Below, in pieces: positions 20,338 through 29,127 of a stretch of DNA of 64,000 nt (the first letter of the stretch is position 1; each line of letters begins with the position of its first letter). Origin of the DNA: Bacteroidales bacterium. Its GTDB lineage: Bacteria; Bacteroidota; Bacteroidia; Bacteroidales; Muribaculaceae. The notes below the pieces were generated by a model. The model worked only from the letters and a program-made list of their open reading frames with translations, ran no database searches and was not told the origin of the DNA. A program made the position numbers and the translations under genes. The stretch covers positions 681 through 64,680 of the forward strand of contig JAAVFW010000024.1 in assembly GCA_014800535.1 (NCBI GenBank). The letters are read 5' to 3'.

Positions 20338-22374
20338 CTATCGTTTCTGATCGCCAAACTGCTCCGGATATATCACGACAAGATTATTGGGTGCGAAATG
20401 GCGATTCAAAAATCCTGGTAACTCCTGAAGCTCTGCCGAATAGGACACTGAGTCTTTGCGGGCTGCTATTATCAGAAGCAAATCCTCCTCCCCTATCTCT
20501 CCGGATGCAAGAATGAAATCATCCCACGTATCCATGGTGCGATAGACACGTTCAACTCCATATCCGTCTTCTGTCATGACATGCTCGATAATTGCCGCCG
20601 ATTTTGTGCCGGCAAGAAACATTATCTTCGAGCCGAGCTGTATGCCGAGATTACCGACGCGTGCCACCCATGCGTGAAATCCGGTTTCGTATTCAGCATT
20701 TCGCGGAACAACTACTACAAGACGCCTGAGTGTGTCGACCGGTACAAAGCATCTTGAAATGATTATCATCTTATCTGTCGCGTTCTGCAATGACTCGATG
20801 AAGTTGCCATAAAAAGTGTCGACAATATTTGTCTTGCGGTGAAGTCCGATAATAATATCCGTGGCACGATATTCATTGAGTATGTTGATAACTCCGGAAA
20901 CGGCGTTGAAGTCGTAGCGTTCAACTTCATGAACCTTCATGTTCATTGCCACGGCTGCTGAAGATGCCAGACGTATCGCCTCCCGACCCATGGCTATCAC
21001 CCTGCCGTCGTTGGTGTTGCGCACAAACAGCACTGTCATCGGATCCTTATTATCTTTGTTGCGCATGAAGACTGCAAGCTTCATTAACCCTTCGGAGGTC
21101 ATCGGATTTGCAACTGCAATGAGCTGGCGGGCATAACCCGTGCTTTCAACACCTTCCCGCTCCATCTCGCCGGCGGTCAGCCGAATCCTTTGCTTGCGTG
21201 CCGCGCTCAGCGTAACGACCGACGCAACTATGCAACAGACAAGAATCATGACGACTGCACCGCTCATGAGATCTTCATCAAGAAGTCCATACTGATATCC
21301 GATCATGGCGGCGGCAATGGTGGCGGCGGCTTTTCCGCTGCTCAAGCCGAACATCAAACCCATGTCGAGGTTATCCAATGAGTAAATACGTCGGGTGATC
21401 CAGGCTGCAAGGAGCTTGGTTGACAAGGCTGTGACTACCATAACCAGCGCTATCCAGGCAACGCCAAAGTCGCGGAACACAACGTGTATGTTTAGCAACA
21501 TGCCGACACCTATCATGAAGTAAGGGATAAATATGGCATTGCCTACAAACTCTATGCGCCCCATCAATGCTGAACGCGCCGGAATGAATTTATTTAAAAT
21601 CAATCCGGCGTAGAACGCTCCTAAAATAGATTCCAGTCCGATTAGTTTCGCCGACAGTGAGGCAAGACAAACAAGGACAAGGATAAAAATAAATTGAGAA
21701 ACAGTGTCGTCTGTCTTCCGAAAAAACCAACGTGTCAGACGAGGATATGCCCAGCCGATTGCTCCGGCAAGAACCCCCATCATGGCAAACATCAGAAGGA
21801 GTGATTCTATCTCAAAATAACCTCTCACACTCACATCTATGACCTCTGCCAAGACAATCAGAGAGAGAAGAACCGTCACAATCGTGCCGCTTACGGCTAT
21901 TACGACCCCGCGACAGTTAGACAGCCCTAACTTGCTTATTATCGGGTAGGAAACAAGTGTGTGTGATGACAGGGTCGAGGCGAGGAGTACGGCTGTAGTC
22001 CAGCCGGTCGACAGGGCATAGCGGGCTGCAAAGATACCTCCCACAAGGGGGATGATAAATGTTATCAAGCCGAACACCAGGCCTTTACCAATGTTTTTCT
22101 TGAGATGGTACATATCCATCTCTACTGACGCAAGAAACATGAGGTATAAGATACCCATCTGCCCGAAAATCTCGAAACTTGCGTCGCGTGCAAGGATGTT
22201 GAATCCGTATGGACCAACTATGATTCCGGCAACTATTAGTCCGACAAGCGACGGAATTTTTAGTCGCCGGAAAAGAATCGGTGAGCCAAGTATGATGACA
22301 AGCACAAGCATAAAGATGGCAACCGGCTGATTCAGCGGAAGCGTAACAGATGGGAGTGCTAATGTCATCAACAT
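20338..22374 (-). CDS. CPA2 cation:proton antiporter with C-terminal USP-like domains
   Basis: GIIVGPYG, SHTLVSYPI, ILGAFYAGL, FIPYF; soluble C-terminus starting LIAVANP. Confidence 0.88.
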   Translation of the reverse strand: MLMTLALPSVTLPLNQPVAIFMLVLVIILGSPILFRRLKIPSLVGLIVAGIIVGPYGFNILARDASFEIFGQMGILYLMFLASVEMDMYHLKKNIGKGLVFGLITFIIPLVGGIFAARYALSTGWTTAVLLASTLSSHTLVSYPIISKLGLSNCRGVVIAVSGTIVTVLLSLIVLAEVIDVSVRGYFEIESLLLMFAMMGVLAGAIGWAYPRLTRWFFRKTDDTVSQFIFILVLVCLASLSAKLIGLESILGAFYAGLILNKFIPARSALMGRIEFVGNAIFIPYFMIGVGMLLNIHVVFRDFGVAWIALVMVVTALSTKLLAAWITRRIYSLDNLDMGLMFGLSSGKAAATIAAAMIGYQYGLLDEDLMSGAVVMILVCCIVASVVTLSAARKQRIRLTAGEMEREGVESTGYARQLIAVANPMTSEGLMKLAVFMRNKDNKDPMTVLFVRNTNDGRVIAMGREAIRLASSAAVAMNMKVHEVERYDFNAVSGVINILNEYRATDIIIGLHRKTNIVDTFYGNFIESLQNATDKMIIISRCFVPVDTLRRLVVVVPRNAEYETGFHAWVARVGNLGIQLGSKIMFLAGTKSAAIIEHVMTEDGYGVERVYRTMDTWDDFILASGEIGEEDLLLIIAARKDSVSYSAELQELPGFLNRHFAPNNLVVIYPEQFGDQKR

Positions 22375-22388
22375 CTCGTTATTTATTG

Positions 22389-23207
22389 TTATTCAACTAT
22401 TACTCCTCTACGAAAAACGTATGAGGCATTTCTATCGGTAATCTCCTCACATTCATCGACACTCATTCCGAGAATCTCGGCTATCTTGTTGAGAATATAT
22501 GGGAGATAAGCACTTTCATTTCTCCTGCCCCGACGAGGGACCGGAGCAAGATATGGAGAATCCGTCTCAAGCAGGATTCTGTCAATACCGATTCTCCTGA
22601 CCGCGTCGGGAAGTGCACCGGAATTCTTGAATGTCACCACCCCGTTTATGCCGAAATAAGGGTCGCACACCTCCCGAATCTTATCTACATCGTCGGGCGA
22701 GCCGGTGAAGCTGTGAAAAATCAGCGTCGGCATATCGTCTGTTACCCCCGACTCCGCTTTATGCTCTATCCATTTCTTTAGCTTAACGATAACCTCAAGA
22801 GTGTCGTCGAGGGCATCGCGCGAATGTATAATCACAGGAAGTCCAAGCTCCCAAGCAAGCTGCATCTGATAGAGAAATGCTTCTTTCTGCTCCTCCTTAC
22901 GAGAGGCATCCCAATGATAATCAAGACCTATCTCACCGATTGCAACAATCTCCTGACCTTTCAGAATCTCACGCACTTGCGAGAGATGATCTCGCCAGTC
23001 GTCACCAAGTTCTGTGGGATGTATGCCAAGACCGATTCCAATTGCGGAATTGCCACTGAGATTTAAAGATTTCATGGCATTTGCAGAAGGCAAATCAACA
23101 CACGGAAATATCAATCTTCCGACTCCGGCGTCTAACGCTCGCTTAATGGCAGCCTCGGCACCGCCGTCATAATCCTGCATGTAGAGATGCGTATGAGTAT
23201 CAACCAT
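22389..23207 (-). CDS. tatD: TatD family DNase
   Basis: DTHTH, GIHP, AIGEIGLDY, IIHSR, HSF, LLETDSPYLAP. Confidence 0.93.
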   Translation of the reverse strand: MVDTHTHLYMQDYDGGAEAAIKRALDAGVGRLIFPCVDLPSANAMKSLNLSGNSAIGIGLGIHPTELGDDWRDHLSQVREILKGQEIVAIGEIGLDYHWDASRKEEQKEAFLYQMQLAWELGLPVIIHSRDALDDTLEVIVKLKKWIEHKAESGVTDDMPTLIFHSFTGSPDDVDKIREVCDPYFGINGVVTFKNSGALPDAVRRIGIDRILLETDSPYLAPVPRRGRRNESAYLPYILNKIAEILGMSVDECEEITDRNASYVFRRGVIVE

Positions 23208-23233
23208 GATAAATCAAAAATCCTGTAAAACTA

Positions 23234-24202
23234 TTATTTCTTGCGCCCTGTCAACTTCTCGACAACACTGCGGAAGGCTTCTCGTTTTTCTTCGTCAAGA
23301 CCGGCCTTCTTTAAAGCATCAAGAGCCGATGCACTGTAGTGAGAAACAGCTTTGCGACATTCAGCACGCATGTTCATTTTCTCAAAAATAGCTGTGATCG
23401 TCTTAACCTTAGTGTCGCCGGAAGGAAGTTTGGATGCTATTTTGTAGGCCTCGGCATCCTTGTCGCTACGATTCATCGCCGAAACAACAAGAAATGTCTT
23501 CTTGCCGTTCTTTATGTCTCCGCCAATAGGTTTGCCGAAAGTGGTGGCATCGCCAAACGTGTCAAGATAGTCGTCTTCAATCTGAAATGCCAGTCCGAGC
23601 ATCATTCCAAACCGATACATCTCCTCAGACTGTTCTTTCGTCGCGCCCCCAATCAATGCACCAATCTGCGACGCCGCTCCAAGCAATGCACCCGTCTTAA
23701 GTCCAATCATCTTCAGGTAAGCTGTCATCTCGATATTCTCCTCACGCTCGAAACTCATGTCAAGCTGCTGACCTTCATAAACATCAATAGCCATGCGGTT
23801 AAAGACGTCGAGCACAGGGCGAAGCACGGCATCAGGAACTTCCGAAATGAGTTGTGTGGCAAGGGTCAGCATCGTGTCGCCTGAGAGTATTGCTGTGTTC
23901 TCATCCCACTTCACATGAACTGTAGGACGACCACGTCTCACTTCCGATTTGTCCATGACATCATCATGGAGCAGAGTGAAATTGTGGAACATCTCTATTC
24001 CGGAAGCAGCCTTTAAAGCAACCATCGGGTCTCCACAGAAAGCCTCCGCACTCATCAAAGTCAAAACAGGACGAAGGCGTTTTCCTCCGGCACTCATTGC
24101 ATAACTGATAGGCTCATACAAACCGGCTACATCGCCACCTTTATAATCTATTTTTCTAAGCTCCTCCTCAGCAAGAAGAGCATATTCGGATATTCTTTTC
24201 AT
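23234..24202 (-). CDS. Polyprenyl diphosphate synthase (IspA/GGPPS-like)
   Basis: GGKRLRP, LHDDVMD (FARM), RRGRPT, GQQLD, FQIEDDYLD (SARM). Confidence 0.93.
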   Translation of the reverse strand: MKRISEYALLAEEELRKIDYKGGDVAGLYEPISYAMSAGGKRLRPVLTLMSAEAFCGDPMVALKAASGIEMFHNFTLLHDDVMDKSEVRRGRPTVHVKWDENTAILSGDTMLTLATQLISEVPDAVLRPVLDVFNRMAIDVYEGQQLDMSFEREENIEMTAYLKMIGLKTGALLGAASQIGALIGGATKEQSEEMYRFGMMLGLAFQIEDDYLDTFGDATTFGKPIGGDIKNGKKTFLVVSAMNRSDKDAEAYKIASKLPSGDTKVKTITAIFEKMNMRAECRKAVSHYSASALDALKKAGLDEEKREAFRSVVEKLTGRKK

Positions 24203-24217
24203 AACGAAACTTCCTTA

Positions 24218-24832
24218 CTATTCATATTTGATAAATGCCTCGTAAATCTCTGGAGAAAGGTCTTTACCACGATCCACACCAAGCACAGTCTTGAAACCCA
24301 CAAGGAAACGTGTAAAGGTGTCGGAATCATCCGCACATGCCTTTCGCAACGCCTCGATTTCCTGTTTCACCTGATCAACGGTCATCTTCTTCTCGCGGAT
24401 ACGGTCGACATAGTGAAGGCCTAAATCATATCCCAGACCCTGAGGGTCAATCTCTCCAACCAGCTTATAAAGACGCATTTTGTCGGCAAGCGGCAACGAC
24501 GACGAAAAGCTGTCATATTCACTACTGAAAAGAGCCAACGTCGAATCCTTATAATTCTCGTAAGCATAGAGCGTTGCCATCGCAACCGTGTCTATCTTAA
24601 CTCCCGGCACCTTCCCAAGAGCTGCCATACAAATAAATCGAGCCACAGAATCGGGCGACGCATGTTCCATAACATACGCCACTTTCTCCCTGTCACTCCG
24701 AGAGTTAAACCCTTCCGGAAACCCCTCTTTCTCATTCTTTCCTCCCCCACTACAGGCCGGAAGAAGCACAGCGGCAGCCGGCAGCAAAACAACGAGAAGA
24801 GAGGGAAACAAGCGTTTTATAATCTGCTTCAT
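24218..24832 (-). CDS. Hypothetical alpha-helical lipoprotein
   Basis: Lipobox LPA-C; TAGATTTG promoter box 8 nt upstream of the ATG. Confidence 0.7.
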   Translation of the reverse strand: MKQIIKRLFPSLLVVLLPAAAVLLPACSGGGKNEKEGFPEGFNSRSDREKVAYVMEHASPDSVARFICMAALGKVPGVKIDTVAMATLYAYENYKDSTLALFSSEYDSFSSSLPLADKMRLYKLVGEIDPQGLGYDLGLHYVDRIREKKMTVDQVKQEIEALRKACADDSDTFTRFLVGFKTVLGVDRGKDLSPEIYEAFIKYE

Positions 24833-24974
24833 TACTTATGCAAATCTAATATTCTACAAATTTAGACAAAAAAAATTGATTAAAAAAACTTGCCGTTTAA
24901 AATAAAAGCATTAACTTCGCAGAGTAAAAGAAAAGGAAGCAACCCCATCGTTGTGATTTTCTGACAAAACAAAA

Positions 24975-25062
24975 GGAGTGGTGCTCGAGTGGCTGAAGAG
25001 GCACGCCTGGAAAGCGTGTATACGCCAAAAGCGTATCCCGAGTTCGAATCTCGGTCACTCCG
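24975..25062 (+). tRNA. tRNA-Ser (anticodon GGA), CCA not encoded
   Basis: Acceptor GGAGTGG/TCACTCC plus G discriminator, anticodon arm CACGC-CTGGAAA-GCGTG, long variable arm TACGC-CAAAA-GCGTA, T-loop TTCGAAT; promoter-like TAACTTCG at 24912-24919. Confidence 0.97.
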
Positions 25063-25081
25063 CTATAATTGACAAGCAACA

Positions 25082-25116
25082 GAAATCCCGCAAGCAGAAT
25101 TGCCAGCGGGATTTTT
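25082..25116 (+). terminator. Terminator-like hairpin after tRNA-Ser
   Basis: GAAATCCCGC...GCGGGATTTTT. Confidence 0.6.
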
Positions 25117-25124
25117 CATTAAGA

Positions 25125-25316
25125 CCGCAAGCGGCTGAGCTTGTTCGTCAGCGCAAAGGCCGCTTGCGGCTGAGATTGTCCGTCAGCGCATAGCCGCTTG
25201 CGGCTGAGATTGTTCGTCAGCGCAAAGGCCGCTTGCGGCTGAGATTGTCCGTCAGCGCAAAGGCCGCTTGCGGCTGAGCTTATCCGTCAGTCGCACTGCC
25301 GCTTGCGGCTGAGATT
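25125..25316. repeat. Tandem array of about 5.5 x 35-bp palindromic REP-like units
   Basis: Units start at 25125, 25160, 25194, 25229, 25264, 25299; consensus CCGCTTGCGGCTGAGATTGTCCGTCAGCGCAAAGG; hairpins GCCGC-TT-GCGGC and GCTGA-N9-TCAGC. Confidence 0.95.
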
Positions 25317-25347
25317 CTAAATTCAAATTCTTTTAATTTTTCTATCT

Positions 25348-26220
25348 ATGGGCAGAGATCCGAAGCATGACTACAGAGGCCGCTCCATCTATCATATCAC
25401 CATCTGCAAAGCCTCCGCTTGTCCCCCTTTCTCTAAAATTTCCGGCTCTCCCGCAAGTCCCTTGGTCTCCAGAACAATTATCGGAGAAATAATCGAACAG
25501 CAGATTCTCAATTTACCCAAACTTTGTCCCTCCCTGCAGATTCTCCAATATGTCATCATGCCGGATCATATCCACTTCGCCATCTTTGCCCGCAATTATC
25601 TTCCGAGAGCCATCGGAAGTTATATCGGAATGATGAAGGTAAAGACAGGACAATTGATAAGGGCCTCATTCCCCGAAATAACCGACATCTTCACTCCCGA
25701 CTTTCACGACCGCTATCTGCTCCCTTCCCACAAACTTCAGACCATCATCAATTATATTCAGGAAAACCCCAAAAGATTGTTGGAAAGAATCCAAAATCCT
25801 CTCTTCTTCCAGCGTCTGAATAATCTTGAAATCAAAGGGACCCAATGGCAAGCCTACGGCAATCTTCAACTGCTGCAAAATCCATTTAAAGGGCCGGTAG
25901 TAATCCATCGATCCGACTCAGAGGCAATATTAACTGCAAAGCATCGCAGATGGAAACACATCTCTGAAAATGGAGGAGTTTTGGTATCCCCTTTTATTTC
26001 TCCTGCGGAAAAGGAAGTCAGGCGACAATGTGAGAACGCAAACGGTAAAATAATTCTTCTTACAAATAAACCATTTCGAGAAAGAGAGAAACCTGCCGCC
26101 CATGATTTTGAGCGTTGTTCCCAAGGACGCCTTCTGATTCTCGCTCCCCAAACCCCTCTCCCCTCAGGTCGTGAAACATTCCTCTACCTTAACTCCATAG
26201 CCGAATCAATAGCTTTATAG
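25348..26220 (+). mobile_element. REP-associated (IS200/Y1-type) HUH tyrosine transposase with C-terminal DprA/SLOG-like domain
   Basis: HDY...YHITI, YVIMPDHIH (HUH; MPDHIH = aa 71-76), FHDR, NYIQENP (Tyr136); extra ~125-aa C-terminal domain. Confidence 0.85.
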
Positions 26221-26240
26221 TTTTAAATCTTCTCAGTTCT

Positions 26241-26275
26241 TAAGAGGATGCCTAACAAGTTTAGGCAGTCTCTTG
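26241..26275. terminator. Terminator-like hairpin after the transposase
   Basis: TAAGAGGATGCCTAA...TTAGGCAGTCTCTTG. Confidence 0.55.
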
Positions 26276-26297
26276 TATGTATAAACAATGATGAACG

Positions 26298-26477
26298 CTA
26301 CTTACGAGTCCTACAAAATAAAAGCACCGCTGCCATACCAAAGCAACAACAAGCGGTTGTTGTTGAATTTTCTGAATTGCTGAACCACATCCAGTAAATG
26401 CCGGCTAAGACCATTAAAATTCCTACAACAAGACAATACAGTAAAACCGACTTTGCCAATACGGGATTCTTCGCCAT
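26298..26477 (-). pseudogene. Small two-TM ORF or gene remnant (59 aa), possibly chimeric
   Basis: Manual translation MAKNPVLAKSVLLYCLVVGILMVLAGIYWMWF...FGMAAVLLFCRTRK; overlaps the BACON-like remnant. Confidence 0.3.
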
Positions 26478-26762
26478 TGAGTTCAGCTACCTCAATCCTG
26501 AAATGATGGGGTGTCCCTATGATTCGGTCAGCCAGGAGGGTACATCATCGGAGAGAGTATATGAGTCGAAATTACCGACAATGCCAACATCTATCCAACG
26601 GGCATAACCATCTATGGTAATTTCAGCTGAGTGGATGCCCATCGCTAATTCTGCATCGGCTTCGGTGCCTAACGTAAGATGGAATAAATCAAGTTCTGGT
26701 TCATTGCTACTGCAGGCAGTAAGAAGAACCAGAGACAAAAGGATATTAAGCAATTTTTTCAT
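26437..26762 (-). pseudogene. Frameshifted, truncated BACON-like lipoprotein
   Basis: Lipobox LTA-C; ORF stops after DVPSWLTES, and HHFRIEVAELNGEESRIGKVGFTV continues in another frame (BACON-like W...V...N...R.G.V pattern). Confidence 0.5.
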
Positions 26763-26806
26763 ACTGCGAAGTTACGAATAATCCGCGAGTTATCAAAGGA
26801 ATACAT
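26760..26806 (-). promoter_or_regulatory. Leaderless promoter-start module, copy A
   Basis: TAACTTCG-CAGT-ATG; 37/47 ungapped identity to 27395-27441. Confidence 0.65.
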
Positions 26807-26983
26807 GACCGTTTGCTCCCATTGTGTAGTTCTGATTGAACAGCGCGTCTACGAAGGCTTCGCGAGTCTCGAAGCCGGGCATATTTTCAACGGAGTTGAA
26901 ATTAAGGTCGGAAAAAGAGAAGTCCACAACTTGCTGAATTATGCAGTGAAGTTATGGACCTTATGTTGGTTGCGAAAAGACGC

Positions 26984-27397
26984 TCATTTCTTCTTTTTGA
27001 AGAATTTTATACGTTTTATAGTATGCCCGATGGCAAATGCTATCATTAAAAATCCAATTTTTCCATGAACGCCTCCTAATGGACTATGCTCATTTTCTAT
27101 GAGCCAATGGATAAATGTTGCAACACCTGATATGAAAGTAAGAACATACAACCACCAAAGTATGCGCGTCGGTACTTTAAGTTTGCTAAATTTTGTAAGC
27201 CACTTTTTCCATTGAAAATGAAGATAAATATGCCATACAACAAGACACATGAACGGCAGTGCCACGATGATATGGAAAATAACCGGGAAGAAACCACTGC
27301 TTGATGTCGCTTCCAATTGTATGCTTGATGCGAGGACTATCGGCAGAAGGATTGCTAATGTCCAATCGCATATCTTTAATTTTTGTGCCTTTGTCAT
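26984..27397 (-). CDS. DUF4405-like His-containing membrane protein (cytochrome b-like), internally duplicated
   Basis: Four TM helices; H..(13-14)..H pairs (FHII...WHIYLHF; VHGKIG...IGH); SSI/ISG repeat. Confidence 0.7.
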   Translation of the reverse strand: MTKAQKLKICDWTLAILLPIVLASSIQLEATSSSGFFPVIFHIIVALPFMCLVVWHIYLHFQWKKWLTKFSKLKVPTRILWWLYVLTFISGVATFIHWLIENEHSPLGGVHGKIGFLMIAFAIGHTIKRIKFFKKKK

Positions 27398-27441
27398 ACC
27401 GCAAAGTTAAGGATAATTTGCGAGAAATAAAATGAATACAT
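27395..27441 (-). promoter_or_regulatory. Leaderless promoter-start module, copy B
   Basis: TAACTTTG-CGGT-ATG; homologous to 26760-26806. Confidence 0.65.
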
Positions 27442-27514
27442 CAAGGTCATTGACTTTGAAGATGCAACAGTCGCGGATTTTGCGACGGCACTCCCTTATG
27501 TACAAAACATAATG

Positions 27515-27542
27515 AGGGGCGCAACCGTGTGGCTGCGCCCCT
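27515..27542 (-). terminator. Terminator hairpin after the LRR gene
   Basis: AGGGGCGCAACC-GTGT-GGCTGCGCCCCT. Confidence 0.65.
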
Positions 27543-27567
27543 GAATTAGGTTGTCGAGATGTATGGT

Positions 27568-29127
27568 TTACTTAATTGCGATTTTCTTCACAATGTCGCC
27601 CTGACGGATGATGTATATCCCGGCGGGGAGATTCTTGGAGCTATCTGCAACCTTAACACCGTTGATGGTGTACACTTCGATCGGCAGAGCCATGTTGATT
27701 TCGCCCTCTTCCGTAGCAGGAATTGCTTCTATGCCGGTATTAACGTTTATGGCTTGAATATCATAGAAATAACTCCACGGTGCAGTCTTTCCGTAAGCCG
27801 ACACGCTCTCAGAGGGAACATAAAGCGTAGCCGAATCGTAAGCATCAACAGGGAAAAGGTCACGTTCTGCACTTATCGGTTCTGTAACATAGCATGTTAC
27901 GCTCTTTAGAGCATTACATCCATTCCAGACACGTTTACCAAGAGTTGTGACGGTGGTGGGAAGAGTCAACGTAGTGAGACCTTCACAAAAGGCGAAAGCA
28001 TCGTCAGTGATTTCAGTTACCCCCTCAGGAACTACAAAGTCCGGGCCCACAGTCATTGGAACGTAATAAAGCATATCGTTTCTGCGGGAATATACGCAAC
28101 CATTCTCTATTTTTGAATTGTAGGCATCATACCCGATGCTGACCACATCCTCTCCGAAAGGATTAGATATGGCGTCGGGATAACCTCCTTTTTTAAGATT
28201 AGTACCCCAGAACAAGCCCTCACCTACCTCAGTTACCTTAGTGGGTATAAGAACCTCCTGCAGTCCGGTACATCCTCCGAAAGCCTCCTTGTATATAGTT
28301 GTCACTGACTCCGGAATTATTATCTGCTTTAAACCACTACACCCTAAGAAAGCCTGTGCACCGATTACTGTAAATGATTCCGGAAGAACGACTTCTGTAA
28401 TATTTTCACAATCTGACATACAGACCCAGTTTATTCCAGTGACTCCTTGAGGAATCTCTAATTTGCCTGTATATTTACCTGACACCCACGGATATGGGTT
28501 TGAAGAGGAAGGAGCAGCCCATATTATTCCCTTTTCAGCATCTACCGTTTCGTCATCTTGGATAGTCCATCGACCTTTTTCGTTCATGCTGAAGTAACCG
28601 TTGTTCTCATAAGCAGCAACCCTATAAAGGTTTTTAGTATTGGCGAAAGCCCCGGACGCAATTTCACAATTTTTGGAGAGTAGCATCACGTCATGAAGGT
28701 TCGTACAATCTTTGAACGCATTCTCCCCAATTTTTTCAACCGACTCAGGGATGATAAGCCATTTTAGATTTTCATTGGAGTAAAAAGCATCTTCTTCAAT
28801 GGTTGTGACAGTTTCCGGAATAACAATCTCAGACGCACCACTCGTCTTTATGAAACCACATCTACCGATTGTTGTAAGAGTATATTTCTCACCATCCTTT
28901 TCAGGGTGAGACGGAAGAATCACTCTTCCGGATACTTTATTACCGGGTGACCAGAACGGGATATCATAAATATTCACACCATAATAACCTGAAGCAGTAG
29001 CACAAGTCTTGTTCTCTTCATCGAGTACCACATACTCGATGTTCTGACCTTCATACTCGTACAAAAAGGCCCAACCCGGGAGTGCAAAAAGCACGCTCAT
29101 AATGAGAAGTAGATAATTTTTCATCAT
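27568..29127 (-). CDS. BspA-like (TpLRR/LRR_5) leucine-rich-repeat surface protein with T9SS C-terminal domain
   Basis: Likely start ATG 29127 (MMKNYLLLIMSVLFALPGWA signal peptide); repeated IPESVxxIGxxAFxxCxxL; TLYVPxES..Y....W; CTD VYTING...LPAGIYII...KKIAIK. Confidence 0.9.
   Translation of the reverse strand: MMKNYLLLIMSVLFALPGWAFLYEYEGQNIEYVVLDEENKTCATASGYYGVNIYDIPFWSPGNKVSGRVILPSHPEKDGEKYTLTTIGRCGFIKTSGASEIVIPETVTTIEEDAFYSNENLKWLIIPESVEKIGENAFKDCTNLHDVMLLSKNCEIASGAFANTKNLYRVAAYENNGYFSMNEKGRWTIQDDETVDAEKGIIWAAPSSSNPYPWVSGKYTGKLEIPQGVTGINWVCMSDCENITEVVLPESFTVIGAQAFLGCSGLKQIIIPESVTTIYKEAFGGCTGLQEVLIPTKVTEVGEGLFWGTNLKKGGYPDAISNPFGEDVVSIGYDAYNSKIENGCVYSRRNDMLYYVPMTVGPDFVVPEGVTEITDDAFAFCEGLTTLTLPTTVTTLGKRVWNGCNALKSVTCYVTEPISAERDLFPVDAYDSATLYVPSESVSAYGKTAPWSYFYDIQAINVNTGIEAIPATEEGEINMALPIEVYTINGVKVADSSKNLPAGIYIIRQGDIVKKIAIK

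Noticed and set aside
24897-25193. Short ORFs of 60 and 71 aa over the tRNA
   Set aside because: They are translations of tRNA-Ser and the repeat array.
25125-25316. CRISPR or TIGR-like guide array
   Set aside because: No unique spacers: variable segments differ by only a few substitutions and recur. No cas or Nop-domain gene is in the window.
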